This document shows, in pieces, positions 32,801 to 42,287 of a stretch of 42,287 nucleotides of DNA. Position 1 is the first letter of the stretch. Each line of letters opens with the position of its first letter. The position numbers and the translations under genes are program-made. Location of the stretch: NCBI GenBank assembly GCA_963804955.1, contig CAWDSQ010000006.1, positions 1 through 42,287 on the forward strand, written 5' to 3'. This stretch comes from an uncultured delta proteobacterium. GTDB taxonomy: Bacteria > Desulfobacterota > WTBG01 > CAIYCZ01 > CAIRTM01. The notes below the pieces were generated by a model. That model was not told where the DNA came from and did not search any database. It saw only the letters and a list, made by a program, of their open reading frames with translations.

Positions 32801-34526
32801 CCAATGCTCACTACCGGCATGCCGTCTATGGTATCTGGAATTACAACCGATCCGCCGGCACCGGTATAGCCGATGATGGTGACCCTGTTGTTTCTTGCCG
32901 AATACGTAAGTTTTCCATATGAAATAACCGTTGTCGTCGTGCTTGTAGATGTCGGGGTGAACACTGCTGTAGGATCGCCATTCCAGGGATTGGTAAACCC
33001 GGTTGCTCCTGCAAGATAGTACACGGTGAAGCCGCTTGCGCTATTGCAAAATGGACTTTTACGATCAGACGCCCATGGGTATGGACAGCAATCATAATAT
33101 ACTATCTGCGGCGCATTCCCCAAAAAAAATGCGGAGGTCAAAAGAGCGCAATCAAGAAACGAGCCTGCGTTGTATGCATAACAACTCATGCCACACTGAC
33201 GCTGCGAACCATACATTCTCCTGACGCTGGCCGGAATAGTAACGCTGGTCAAACCGGTGCAGTTATAGAAAGCTTCCGCCCCAATGCTCGTAACACCGTC
33301 CGGGATAGTAAAACTTCCCGACTTACCGGGAGGATACATAATAAAGCGTGTCTCGCCTTGGTTATAAAGCACACCATCCTGACTGCTATAGCTTGGGTTA
33401 CCCGGATCGACATTTATGCTGGTCAAACCAGTGCAACCATAAAACGCAGCAGTCAATGGTACCACCAATGGTCGTAACGCTGACGGGTATGGTCATGCTG
33501 GTCAAACCGGTGCAACCATAGAAATGCAGAATCCCCAATGGTCGTAACACCGACCATAATGGTCACGCTGGTCAAACCGGTGCAGCCATAAAACGCAGCA
33601 TTGTCAATTATGGTAACGCTCTCCGGTATGGTTACGCTGGTCAAGCCAGTGCAGTAGTCAAACGCGCCTCCCCCAATACTCGTAACACTGTTCGGGATGG
33701 TAATGTGCGTAATGCTTGTTTTTTCATGAAACGCATGACTGCCAATGCTGACTACCGGCAGACCTTCTATCGTATCTGGAATTACAACCGCTCCGCCTGC
33801 ACCGGTATAGCCGGTGATGGTGACCGTGTTGTCTATTACCGTGTAGGTAAAATCCCCGTATACAATAACTGTCGACGTCGTTGTACTTGGTCTGGTCGTA
33901 GTGGTAGTCGGCGGCTGTGTGGTTGTAGTGGATGAAGTTGTAGTCGGGTCAAACACCGCCGTAGGATAGCCATACCACGGATTGGTAAACCCCGTTGCTT
34001 CGGCAACATAGTAAACGGTAAAGCCGCTTGCGCAGTTTAAAAAAACGTTTGCTCCCATAGTCGGCGCATTGCCGTAAAAATATGCGCGTGCCAACTTGTT
34101 GCAACCAAAAAACACCTGAACCCCAATGCTTATGGAGCTGCCGTATATGAACACAGTGTTCAATCCGTTGCACCAGCCAAACGCGCCATCCCCGATGCTT
34201 GTAACGCTGGAAGGAATAATCAGACTGGTCAAACCGGTGCAAAGGGCGAACGCATAAGACCCAATGCTTGTAACGCTGCCTGGGATAATGATACCGGTAA
34301 TGCCTGATTTACTTTGAAAAGCATTATTGCCGATACTGACTACAGGCATACCGTCTATGGTATCTGGGATTACAACCGCTCCGCCGGCGCCGGTATAGCC
34401 GGTGATGGTGACCTCGCTGCCTGATACTGTGTAGGTAAAATCCCCCCATTGTTCTGCAAAGGCAGATGAGCACAAAAACACACAACTAATGACTGACAGC
34501 AAAAATATCGATTTTCTGAAATGCAT
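29817..34526 (-). CDS. Large secreted BspA-type LRR protein (~1570 aa if frames are joined): 4 LRR modules, an internal non-LRR domain and a Cys-rich TSP3-like tail (array gene 3)
   Basis: ORF pieces 33453-34526, 31804-33468, 31440-31853, 30655-31416, 29993-30658 and the tail join through LRR or Thr-rich sequence with no internal signal peptide. One signal peptide [10 protein letters not shown]...SSAFA; ends CEAVCAL*. Confidence 0.8.
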
Positions 34527-34635
34527 AGAACCCCTCCCCTTCTTTAAAATTAATTGCCTCTTGCAGGATGATGTATGTGGTCATATTTTACCATAGGGGC
34601 GGTTCGCGAACCGCCCCTGCAATTTCTTATACATG
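34527..34635. repeat. Conserved intergenic spacer, copy 2 (REP palindrome 34593-34619)
   Basis: Nearly identical to copies 1 and 3. Confidence 0.9.
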
Positions 34636-36518
34636 CTACAGCGCGCACACCGCCTCGCACACGGGCTGTTCGCTGCCGCCGCAGCCCGGGTCTGCGTCGC
34701 ACACATCCCCTGCGCCGTCGCTGTCGGCATCCTGCTGATAGGCATTGCACCCCGCAGGACAGTTATCGATATTATCAGGAGTAAAATCATGGTCGGAGTC
34801 AGCCTGTCCCTCACACAATGTCTGGCCGCAGCCGCCTCCGCAGCCGGGGGTGCATCGCACACATCTCCTATGCCATCAGTATCTGCATCAAGCTGCAGGG
34901 GGTTTGCAATAACCGGGCAGTTGTCAAGTTCATTTAAAATACCGTCATTGTCCGTATCGCAAGATGTTTCGCACACAGGCTGCCCTTCTCCCCCGCAGCC
35001 GGGTTCTGCGTCGCAGACATCCCCTGTGCCGTCACTGTCGGCATCCTGCTGGTTCACATTGCAAACAGCGGGGCAGTTGTCTACTGCGTCTCTGACAAAG
35101 TCTCCGTCGGTGTCAACCTCCTGTTCACATACCGCCTGGCCGCACCCACCGCCGCAGCCGGGGGTTTCATCGCACACATCGCCTGTGCCGTCAGTATCTG
35201 CATCAAGCTGCAGTGGGTTGGCAATGCCCAGGCAGTTGTCAACTGCATCATCAACGCCGTCACCATCAGCATCATTAAAGGCAAGCTTCGCGACAAAGGC
35301 ATCACTGCTCCCCGCAAGCGGATTTATCGGGCTGCCCCAGGTTGCATTGCTCGTCCCCGTCACATACACATTACCAGTCCCGTCTACGGCTGTGCCATTA
35401 GCAGCATCACTACCAGTTGCTGACCCCATAAACATGTTCCACTGGCGGCTGCCGCTGCTGTCAATCTTCGCCACAAAGGCATCACTTCCTCCTGCAAACG
35501 GATATATCGGGCTGCCCCAGGTTGCACTGCTACCCCCCGTCACATACACAGTGCCAGACCCGTCTGCGGCTATGCCACTGCCCCAATCACCGCCAGTTGC
35601 TGACCCCATAAACGTGTTCCACAGGCGGTTGCCGCTGCTGTCAAACTTTGCCACAAAGGCATCTTCGCCTCCTGCATACGGATGTATCGGGTTACCCCAG
35701 GTTGCACTGCTACCCCCCGTCACATACACATTTCCGGACCCGTCTACGGCTATGCCATTAGCAGAATCATCACCGGTTGCTGACCCCATATCCGTGCTCC
35801 ACAGGCCGTTGCCGTTGCTGTCAAACTTTGTCACAAAGGCATCACCAATGATCTGCCCCGTCAAATACACATTGCCAGACCCGTCTACGGCTATGCCTTC
35901 AACATAATCTGTTTCTGTGCTGGGGCCCCAACCGAAAGCTATGATCCAGAGGGCGTTGCCGCTGGTAGTAAACTTTGTCAAAAATAAGCTCGTGCCACCC
36001 GGACCACCTCTCTCCCCCACGACATACACATTGCCAGACCCGTCTACGGCTATGCCTTCAGGAATATCAAAGGGGCTTCCAATCCAAGACTTAGTCCAGA
36101 GGCTGTTGCCGCTGCTGTCAAACTTTGCCACAAAGGTTTCGGTGTATCTATACGTTGGGGGAACGAATGTATACCACGTCACATACACATTGCCAGACCC
36201 GTCTACGGCTATGCCAATGCCTTGACCAGCAAACATGTGCCAGACCAGGTTGCCGCTGCTGTCAAACTTTGCCACAAAACCACCTAAGGTTCCATGTATC
36301 GGGCTGCCCCAGGTTTCACTGCTACGCCCCGTCACATAGATATTGCCAGACCCGTCTGCGGTTGTGGCATAAGCACTATCACTACCAGTTGCTGAACCCA
36401 TAAACGTGCTCCAGGTCATGGTTACGGCCTGCGCCTCCGCCTTCTGTATACATATGAAGCTGATGAGCACCAGGGAAACAATGACTGACAGTAGAACTAC
36501 CTGTTTTCTGAAGTGCAT
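34636..36518 (-). CDS. Secreted SBBP (seven-bladed beta-propeller) repeat protein with Cys-rich TSP3-like tail (array gene 2; frameshift near 34855)
   Basis: MHFRKQVVLL...AEA signal, about 7 repeats of GIAVDGSGNVYVTG...DAFVAKFDSSG..W, then [15 protein letters not shown] repeats; ends CEAVCAL*. Confidence 0.88.
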
Positions 36519-36625
36519 AGAACCCCTCCCCTTCTTTAAAAAATTGTCTCTTGCAGGGCGATTTATTTGGTCATATTTTACCGTAGGGGCGGTTCGTGAA
36601 CCGCCCCTGCAATTTCTTATACATG
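36519..36625. repeat. Conserved intergenic spacer, copy 3 (REP palindrome 36583-36609)
   Basis: Nearly identical to copies 1 and 2. Confidence 0.9.
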
Positions 36626-38072
36626 CTACAGCGCGCACACCTGCTCGCACACGGGCTGGCCATCAGCGCCGCAGCCAGGGTCCGGGTCGCACACATCGCC
36701 TGTGCCGTCAGTATCGGCATCAAGCTGATAGCTGTTGCACAGGGCCGGGCAGTTGTCAGCGGCATCCTGCATACCGTCTCTGTCCGTATCCACCTGCCCC
36801 TCGCAGAAAACCTGACCGCAGCCGCCGCAGCCCGGTGCACTGTCGCACACATCCCCTATCACGTCAGTATCGGCATCAAGCTGCAGGGGGTTGGCATTGT
36901 CGGGCAGTTGTCAACAACATCATAAATACCATCACTGTCCGTATCGCATGACTGCTCGCAGGCAGGCTGCCCCTCGCCCCCGCAGCCGGGGTCTGCGTCG
37001 CAGACATCGCCTGTGCCGTCAGTATCGGCATCGAGCTGAGACACATTACACAGGGCCGGGCAGTTATCAATCGCGTCTCTTACATAGTCTCCGTCAGTGT
37101 CAGACTGCCCCTCGCATACAGCCTGCCCGCAGCCGCCTCCGCAACCGGGGGTTTCATCGCATACATCGCCTATACCGTCAGTATCGGCATCGAGCTGAAA
37201 CGGGTTGGCAATGGTCGGGCAGTTGTCAAGTGCATCAGGGTACATATCACTATCAACATCAGTAAAAACCGCCGCAGCGAAGCAGATTAACGAATCCATG
37301 CCATAATAGCACCAGGGATTTGAAAACCCTGTGGCTCCGGCAAGATAGTAAATGCCTACACCGCTATTCCAATCAAAAGGATTAAAGATGTTGACGGCGA
37401 ATTGCCGTAAAAATAGGCGCCCAAATGCGAACACCCACCAAACGCAAAGGAGTCAATAAACATAACGCCTGCAGGAAAAATCACGCTGGTCAAACCGGCG
37501 CAGCCCCTAAACGCTTCCGCACCAATCTGCGTAACGCTGCCAGGGATGGCAAAACCGCCGATCCTTCCGCCCGGAAATTGAATAAGCTTTGTTTGTGATT
37601 TATCGTAAAGCACTCCATCATGACTGCTGAAGTTTGGATTATTCGCATCAACATCTATACGAGTCAAGCCAGTGCAATTAGAAAACGGAGGAAATGGATT
37701 GTAGATGGGTATCGGCCACCCCGAATACAAAGCACTCCCCATGCTCGCAACGCTGCTCGGGATGGTCACGGTGGTCAAACCGGTGCATCCCATAAATGCG
37801 TCATTGCCAATGCTCATTACGCTGTTCGGGATGGCTATGCTGGTAATGGCTGATTTTGCATAAAAGGCCTGTGCCCCAATGCTGACTACCGGCATGCCTG
37901 CTATGGTATCGGGAATTACAACTGCGCCCCCCGCGCCCGTATAGCCGGTGATGGTGACCTCGCTGCCTGATACTGTGTAGGTAAAATCCCCGGATTGCAG
38001 GGCAAAGGCAGATGAGCACAGAAACACACAGCCAATCAAGCACAGCAAGAATATTGATTTTCTGGAATGCAT
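36626..38072 (-). CDS. Secreted BspA-type LRR protein with 1 LRR module and a Cys-rich TSP3-like tail (array gene 1; frameshifts)
   Basis: [10 protein letters not shown]...SSAFA signal with [20 protein letters not shown] cap, LRR_5 repeats, DGVLYDK insert, TSP3-like repeats; ends CEQVCAL*. Confidence 0.88.
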
Positions 38073-38326
38073 ATGCTCCTCCCCTTTAGATGTTATTGGG
38101 CAATCGTTTTATAAAACCCCTCATCCCGACCTTCTCCCCTGGCAGGGCGAAGGGGCTTGCGTACACTGCTTGTTGAGATTGCCACGGCTTTCGGCCTCGC
38201 AATGACAACTTTTTTCAATGCATTTTTCAAAAAAAATTTCAACTTCCGTCAATGACACAGAATTAAAAGATCCGCCGGTTGCTGTCATTGGCAGAACTCA
38301 GTTGCCACGGATGTATCGGGCGCACA

Positions 38327-38361
38327 AAATAAAAGGCCTGTCCTTGAGATAAGGACAGGCC
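38327..38361 (-). terminator. Intrinsic terminator in the riboswitch expression platform
   Basis: Minus strand GGCCTGTCCTT-atctc-AAGGACAGGCC-TTTTATTTT (perfect 11-bp stem), about 20 nt 3' of the aptamer. Confidence 0.85.
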
Positions 38362-38382
38362 CGCCATGACAAGAAACTTCCA

Positions 38383-38464
38383 AACCGGCAACCCCGCTAT
38401 CCCAAACCTTCCGGACCGGAGACTTTGCGCTCTACCTTTCAAGGGTAGATTGCTCTTTTCGGTT
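38383..38464 (-). promoter_or_regulatory. GEMM-I (c-di-GMP-I family) riboswitch aptamer, A20 variant predicted to prefer 3',3'-c-AMP-GMP
   Basis: Minus strand AACCG-AAAAGA-GCAA-TCTACC-cttGAAA-GGTAGA-GCGC-AAAG-TCTCCGGTC...GATAGCGGGGTTGC-CGGTT. It has P1 (AACCG/CGGTT), P2 with a GAAA-containing loop, the conserved GCAAAG junction and P3, matching the Vc2-type consensus. Confidence 0.85.
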
Positions 38465-38685
38465 AGCACTATATATATGTACTTATGGCCCGTATTTAAT
38501 AATGTTGCAAGAAATAATACCTGAAAATGAAATAAATTTTTTCGGCCCTGTAAGTTTTAAACCTTAAAAATGCCGGCAATGTTTCTTTCTCGTTATGCCG
38601 GCGAACAACGGCATCCAGAGTGTGCACGTAGTTGCTACACAAAAACCCCGAACCATGGATGTGCTGGGTTCGCCCGGGATTTTTA

Positions 38686-38710
38686 AGGCAGGTTTAAAAC
38701 CTGCCTCTAC
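38686..38710 (-). repeat. GTAG-type REP palindrome
   Basis: Minus strand GTAG-AGGCAGGTTT-t-AAACCTGCCT. Confidence 0.55.
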
Positions 38711-38824
38711 TTGCAAAATGGTTGGGTTGATGTCAAAAAAACCAAAGCTTAATCAATTACTTAACCAAACCAACAACAATCCAATTGTTATATCTATTAT
38801 TTTTTCAGCCCTCGATTTTTCTGA

Positions 38825-38852
38825 TTGACAACTTTGAATACTTGTATACAAT
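38825..38852 (+). promoter_or_regulatory. Sigma70 promoter (TTGACA-16-TACAAT) overlapped by palindromic operator TTGTATACAA (38842-38851)
   Basis: Perfect -35, near-consensus -10 and a 10-bp perfect palindrome of GntR/FadR type, about 40 bp upstream of the GGAGG-ATG at 38891. Confidence 0.65.
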
Positions 38853-38890
38853 TATACACACATACAAAACAGCAACGGAGGTAACCGGCC

Positions 38891-40279
38891 ATGCTCAGAT
38901 TCAGCAGAAAAACCAATACGCTGATTCACACCAATTTTAAATACACCCTGCAGGATGTGCGCGACCCCAACCTGTACCGGGAGCTGTACAGCTATGATGA
39001 AATCCCGAAAATTCCGTTCAACCATATGCGGGTGCCCATGTCATGCCCCGATGACCTCTGGATAAGCGACACCACCTTCCGCGACGGCCAGCAGGCCCGC
39101 GCGCCCTATACGGTCGAGCAGATCGTGACCCTGTACGACCTGCTGCACAAGCTGGGCGGGCCCAAGGGCATTATCCGGCAGAGCGAATTTTTCATCTACA
39201 GCGACAAAGACAAGCAGGCCGTGCGCCAGTGCCAGGAGCGGGGCTACCGGTTTCCGGAAGTGACCAGCTGGATCAGGGCCACCAAGAACGACTTCAAGCT
39301 CGTGAAGGAAATGGGCATCAAGGAGACGGGCATACTGGTGAGCTGCTCCGACTACCATATTTTCAAAAAGCTCCAGACCAGCCGCAAGCGCGCCATGGAG
39401 CAGTATCTCGACATCGTGAAGGCGGCCCTTGATATCGGCGTGCGGCCCCGGTGCCATTTCGAGGACATAACGCGCGCGGATTTTTACGGCTTTGTGGTGC
39501 CCTTTGCCCTCAAGCTCCGCGACCTGATGGATGAGAGCGGCATACCCATAAAAATCCGGGCCTGCGACACCATGGGCTACGGCATCTGCTACCCCGGCGC
39601 GGCCCTGCCCCGCAGCGTGCCCGGCATCATCTACGGCCTGTATTTCCATGCCGGTTTCCCGAGCGCTCTCATCGAGTGGCACGGGCACAATGATTTTTAC
39701 AAGGCCGTGACCAATGCGGCGACAGCGTGGCTGTACGGCGCATCGGCCGTGAACTGCTCGCTGCTGGGCATCGGCGAGCGCACGGGCAATACGCCGCTTG
39801 AGGCCATGGTGATCGAGTATGCCCAGCTGCGCGGCACCACCGAGACATGGCGTACCTGACGGCGATTACCGAAATTGCCATATTATTACGAGAAGGAGCT
39901 TGGCTATGAACTGCCGCCCATGACGCCGTTTGTCGGCAAGAAGTTTAATACCACGCAGGCGGGCATCCATGCCGACGGGCTGCTGAAAGACGAGGAGATC
40001 TATAATATCTTCAATACCGATAAGATCCTCAACCGCCCGGTGGCCGTGACCGTCAACGCCCATTCGGGCGTGGCCGGCATTACGCACTGGATCAATGACC
40101 TTTGCCCTTGAAGGCGCCTACCGGATCGACAAGAAGCATGCCGTCATCACGGCGCTCAAGGACTGGGTCGACCAGCAGTATGCCCGGGAGCGCGTCACCG
40201 CCATCGGCGACGACGAGCTGGAACAGGCGCTTAAAAAATTGACCCTGAATTTTATGATCATCTGAAAAACTACGCGTGA
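38891..40279 (+). CDS. Re-citrate synthase (DRE-TIM metallolyase, isopropylmalate/homocitrate synthase family), with frameshifts after 39840
   Basis: LQDVRDPNLYRELYSYDEIPK, ISDTTFRDGQQARAPY, IIRQSEFF, SCSDYHIF, CHFEDITRAD, EWHGHNDF, GERTGN, AGIHADG. These resemble the clostridial Re-citrate synthase, and isocitrate dehydrogenase is adjacent. Confidence 0.85.
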
Positions 40280-40306
40280 ACACGGAAAAGGAGACACTGG
40301 ACAACT

Positions 40307-41307
40307 ATGCATACCATTACACTGATTCCCGGCGACGGCATCGGGCCGGAAGTTGCCGAGGCGACGCGCCGGGTGATTGAGGCAACGGGAGTTGCCATTG
40401 CCTGGGACGTGCAGAACGCGGGCGAAAGGGTCATGGCCAGGTGCGGCACGCCCCTGCCCGCGGCGGTGCTTGATTCGATCAGAAAAAACCGCGTGGCGCT
40501 CAAGGGCCCCATCACGACGCCCTGTCGGGCACGGGCTTCAGAAGCGTCAACGTGGCGCTGCGCAAAGAGCTTGACCTCTACGCCAATGTGCGGCCCTGCA
40601 AAACCTATGCGGGCGTGCCGGCGCGCTATACCGATGTGGATCTGGTGATCGTGCGGGAAAACACCGAGGACCTGTACGCCGGCATCGAGCATATGGTGGG
40701 CGATGATGCCGCGGAAACCATAAAGATAATTACGCGCAAGGGCTCCGAGCGCATTGTGCGCTATGCCTTTGACTATGCCGCTGCGCGAAGGCCGGCACAA
40801 GGTGACGGCCGTCCACAAGGCCAATATCATGAAATGCACCGACGGGCTGTTTCTGGCGTGGCGCGCGACGTGGCGGCGAAGTACCCGACATTCAGTTTGA
40901 GGACATGATCGTTGACGCCATGTGCATGAAGCTGGTGCAGGACCCCACGCAGTATGACGTGATGGTCATGCCCAATCTCTACGGCGATATACTCTCGGAC
41001 CTCTGCTCCGGGCTTGTGGGCGGCCTTGGCGTTGCGCCGGGAGCCAATATCGGCAAGGATCTGGCGCTGTTTGAGCCCGTGCACGGCAGCGCCCCGAAGC
41101 GGGCCGGCCAGAATATAATCAACCCGACGGCAACCATGCTCTCAGGGGTGCTGATGCTGCGGCATATCAATGAAACAGCGGCGGCAGACAAATGGAAGCC
41201 GCCATTGCCGCCGTGCTGAACGAAGGCCGCACGCGTCACCTATCGATCTCGAGGGCACGGCAAAGACCAGCGAGTATGCCGATGCGATTATAGCGAAGAT
41301 GAAATAA
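40307..41307 (+). CDS. icd: Isocitrate/isopropylmalate dehydrogenase family enzyme, probably NAD-dependent isocitrate dehydrogenase (frameshifts)
   Basis: [74 protein letters not shown]. Confidence 0.85.
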
Positions 41308-41379
41308 AGGCCGCTAGGGGCTGCCGATTTGTAGAGCCTTGCAGGCTTTAGAAATCTTTGAGTGCAAGATCCCCTATGC

Positions 41380-42061
41380 ATGGATCAACAGACACATCAC
41401 AACAAAAGACAATGACACGGCCGGGCTGCGGCGCAGGGTGTTTGCCATACTTGAGGAAGCGGTCTTAAACGGCAAATACAAAAACGGCGAAAGCCTTACC
41501 GAGTCGCGCCTGGCAGGCGAGCTCGGCGTGAGCCGCACCCCGATCCGCGAGGCCCTGACCCAGCTCGAAAACGAGGGCCTCGTGCAGCTTGTGCCCAACA
41601 AGGGCGCGGTGGTCACGGGCATTTCCCCGAAAGACATTCAGGACATCTACACCATCCGCATCATGATCGAGGGGCTTGCGGCTCGCTGGGCCGCGAAAAC
41701 ATCGGCGAGGCTGAGCTTCGGGAGCTCGAGGAGGCCATCGATCTGGAGGAGTTTTATACGTCAAAGGGAGATATCGGCCGGCTCATGGGCCTTGATTCGA
41801 ACTTTCACCAGATAATCTACCGCGCGGCAAAAAGCATGCCCCTGCAGCTATATGCTGCACACGTTTCACCACTATATCCAGCATGCCCGCAGCCAGTCCA
41901 TCGCAGCGCCGGGCCGCGCCCAGCGCGCGCTTGCCGAGCATAAGGCCATACTGCAGGCCATCCGGGAGCGCGACGGCGACACGGCCGAGCGCCTCATGGC
42001 CGATCATATCCGCAATGCAAGCCTCAACCTGATCAATACCATGGAAACCCGCCAGGCCTGA
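41380..42061 (+). CDS. GntR family (FadR subfamily, FCD domain) transcriptional regulator (frameshifts; start approximate)
   Basis: LTESRLAGELGVSRTPIREALTQLENEGLV..PNKGAVV; FCD motifs FH...EHKAILQAIRERD...AERLMADHI. Confidence 0.92.
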
Positions 42062-42073
42062 ACCCGGCTACAA

Positions 42074-42107
42074 ATAATGCCGGGCTGCCGGTCAGCCCGG
42101 GCATTAT
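42074..42107 (+). terminator. Stem-loop after gntR (possible terminator)
   Basis: ATAATGCCGGGCTG...CAGCCCGGGCATTAT near-perfect inverted repeat; no clear U-tract. Confidence 0.5.
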
Positions 42108-42141
42108 CAAATGTAAGAGGGGGCGAAAAATTCCCCCTTTA

Positions 42142-42282
42142 GAGACTGTGTCGCAATTGATTTATTAATGTCACTTCGAATCCGCCGCAGGCGGTGCGAA
42201 ATCTTAAGCCCTTGATTTTACTTACTACAAAGATCTCTCCCTTCGGTCGAGATGACAGCAAAGTTAATTGCGACACAGCCTC
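42142..42282. mobile_element. 141-bp MITE-like element with 19-bp terminal inverted repeats and TTA target duplication
   Basis: Left end GAGACTGTGTCGCAATTGA; right end reverse complement GAGGCTGTGTCGCAATTAA (17/19). TTA flanks both sides (42139-42141, 42283-42285). Internal TGTCA...AAATCT/AGATCT...GATGACA palindromic repeat. Confidence 0.7.
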
Positions 42283-42287
42283 TTAGC

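Noticed and set aside
29709..36625. CRISPR array or integron attC cassettes suggested by the three repeated palindromic spacers
   Set aside because: The repeats are ~108 bp, kilobases apart and continuous with conserved coding sequence. I see no RYYYAAC/GTTRRRY ends, cas genes or integrase.
1058..42061. Mass pseudogenisation or programmed frameshifting
   Set aside because: Single-base shifts hit most genes, including gpmA, icd and the citrate synthase, often in homopolymers, while catalytic motifs stay intact. This pattern fits uncorrected long-read indels. Read polishing would settle it.

Overview
This is a 42.3-kb bacterial chromosomal segment. Gene content suggests an anaerobic deltaproteobacterium (Desulfobacterota-like), which is an inference. 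Single-base frameshifts occur in most genes, often in homopolymers and including housekeeping genes, so I read them as long-read assembly errors and joined split ORFs. Left to right: (i) a partial DUF1566-like secreted protein, a small membrane protein and a minus-strand run of HD-GYP response regulator, PreP-type M16 peptidase, DUF362 Fe-S protein, gpmA and a four-helix-bundle gene; (ii) a MacAB-TolC-type ABC efflux operon, a second four-helix-bundle gene, an NFACT-R protein, a tandem TIGR04076-like protein and a TPR/MA-peptidase; (iii) a nine-gene envelope-modification cluster (GT2, PaaK/CapK-like ligase, methyltransferase, three radical SAM enzymes, DegT aminotransferase, GT-C-like membrane protein, SGNH hydrolase); (iv) a minus-strand array of four secreted BspA-LRR/SBBP proteins that share a Cys-rich TSP3-like tail and near-identical REP-containing spacers, headed by a GEMM-I riboswitch with the A20 (c-AMP-GMP-type) signature and a terminator; (v) a Re-citrate synthase, isocitrate dehydrogenase, GntR operon with a palindromic operator; (vi) a terminal 141-bp MITE. 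Two candidates stand out as possible new systems. One is the pair of four-helix-bundle genes bracketed by mutually complementary short tandem repeats, plus a gene-less site of the same design. The other is the riboswitch-gated modular surface-protein array.
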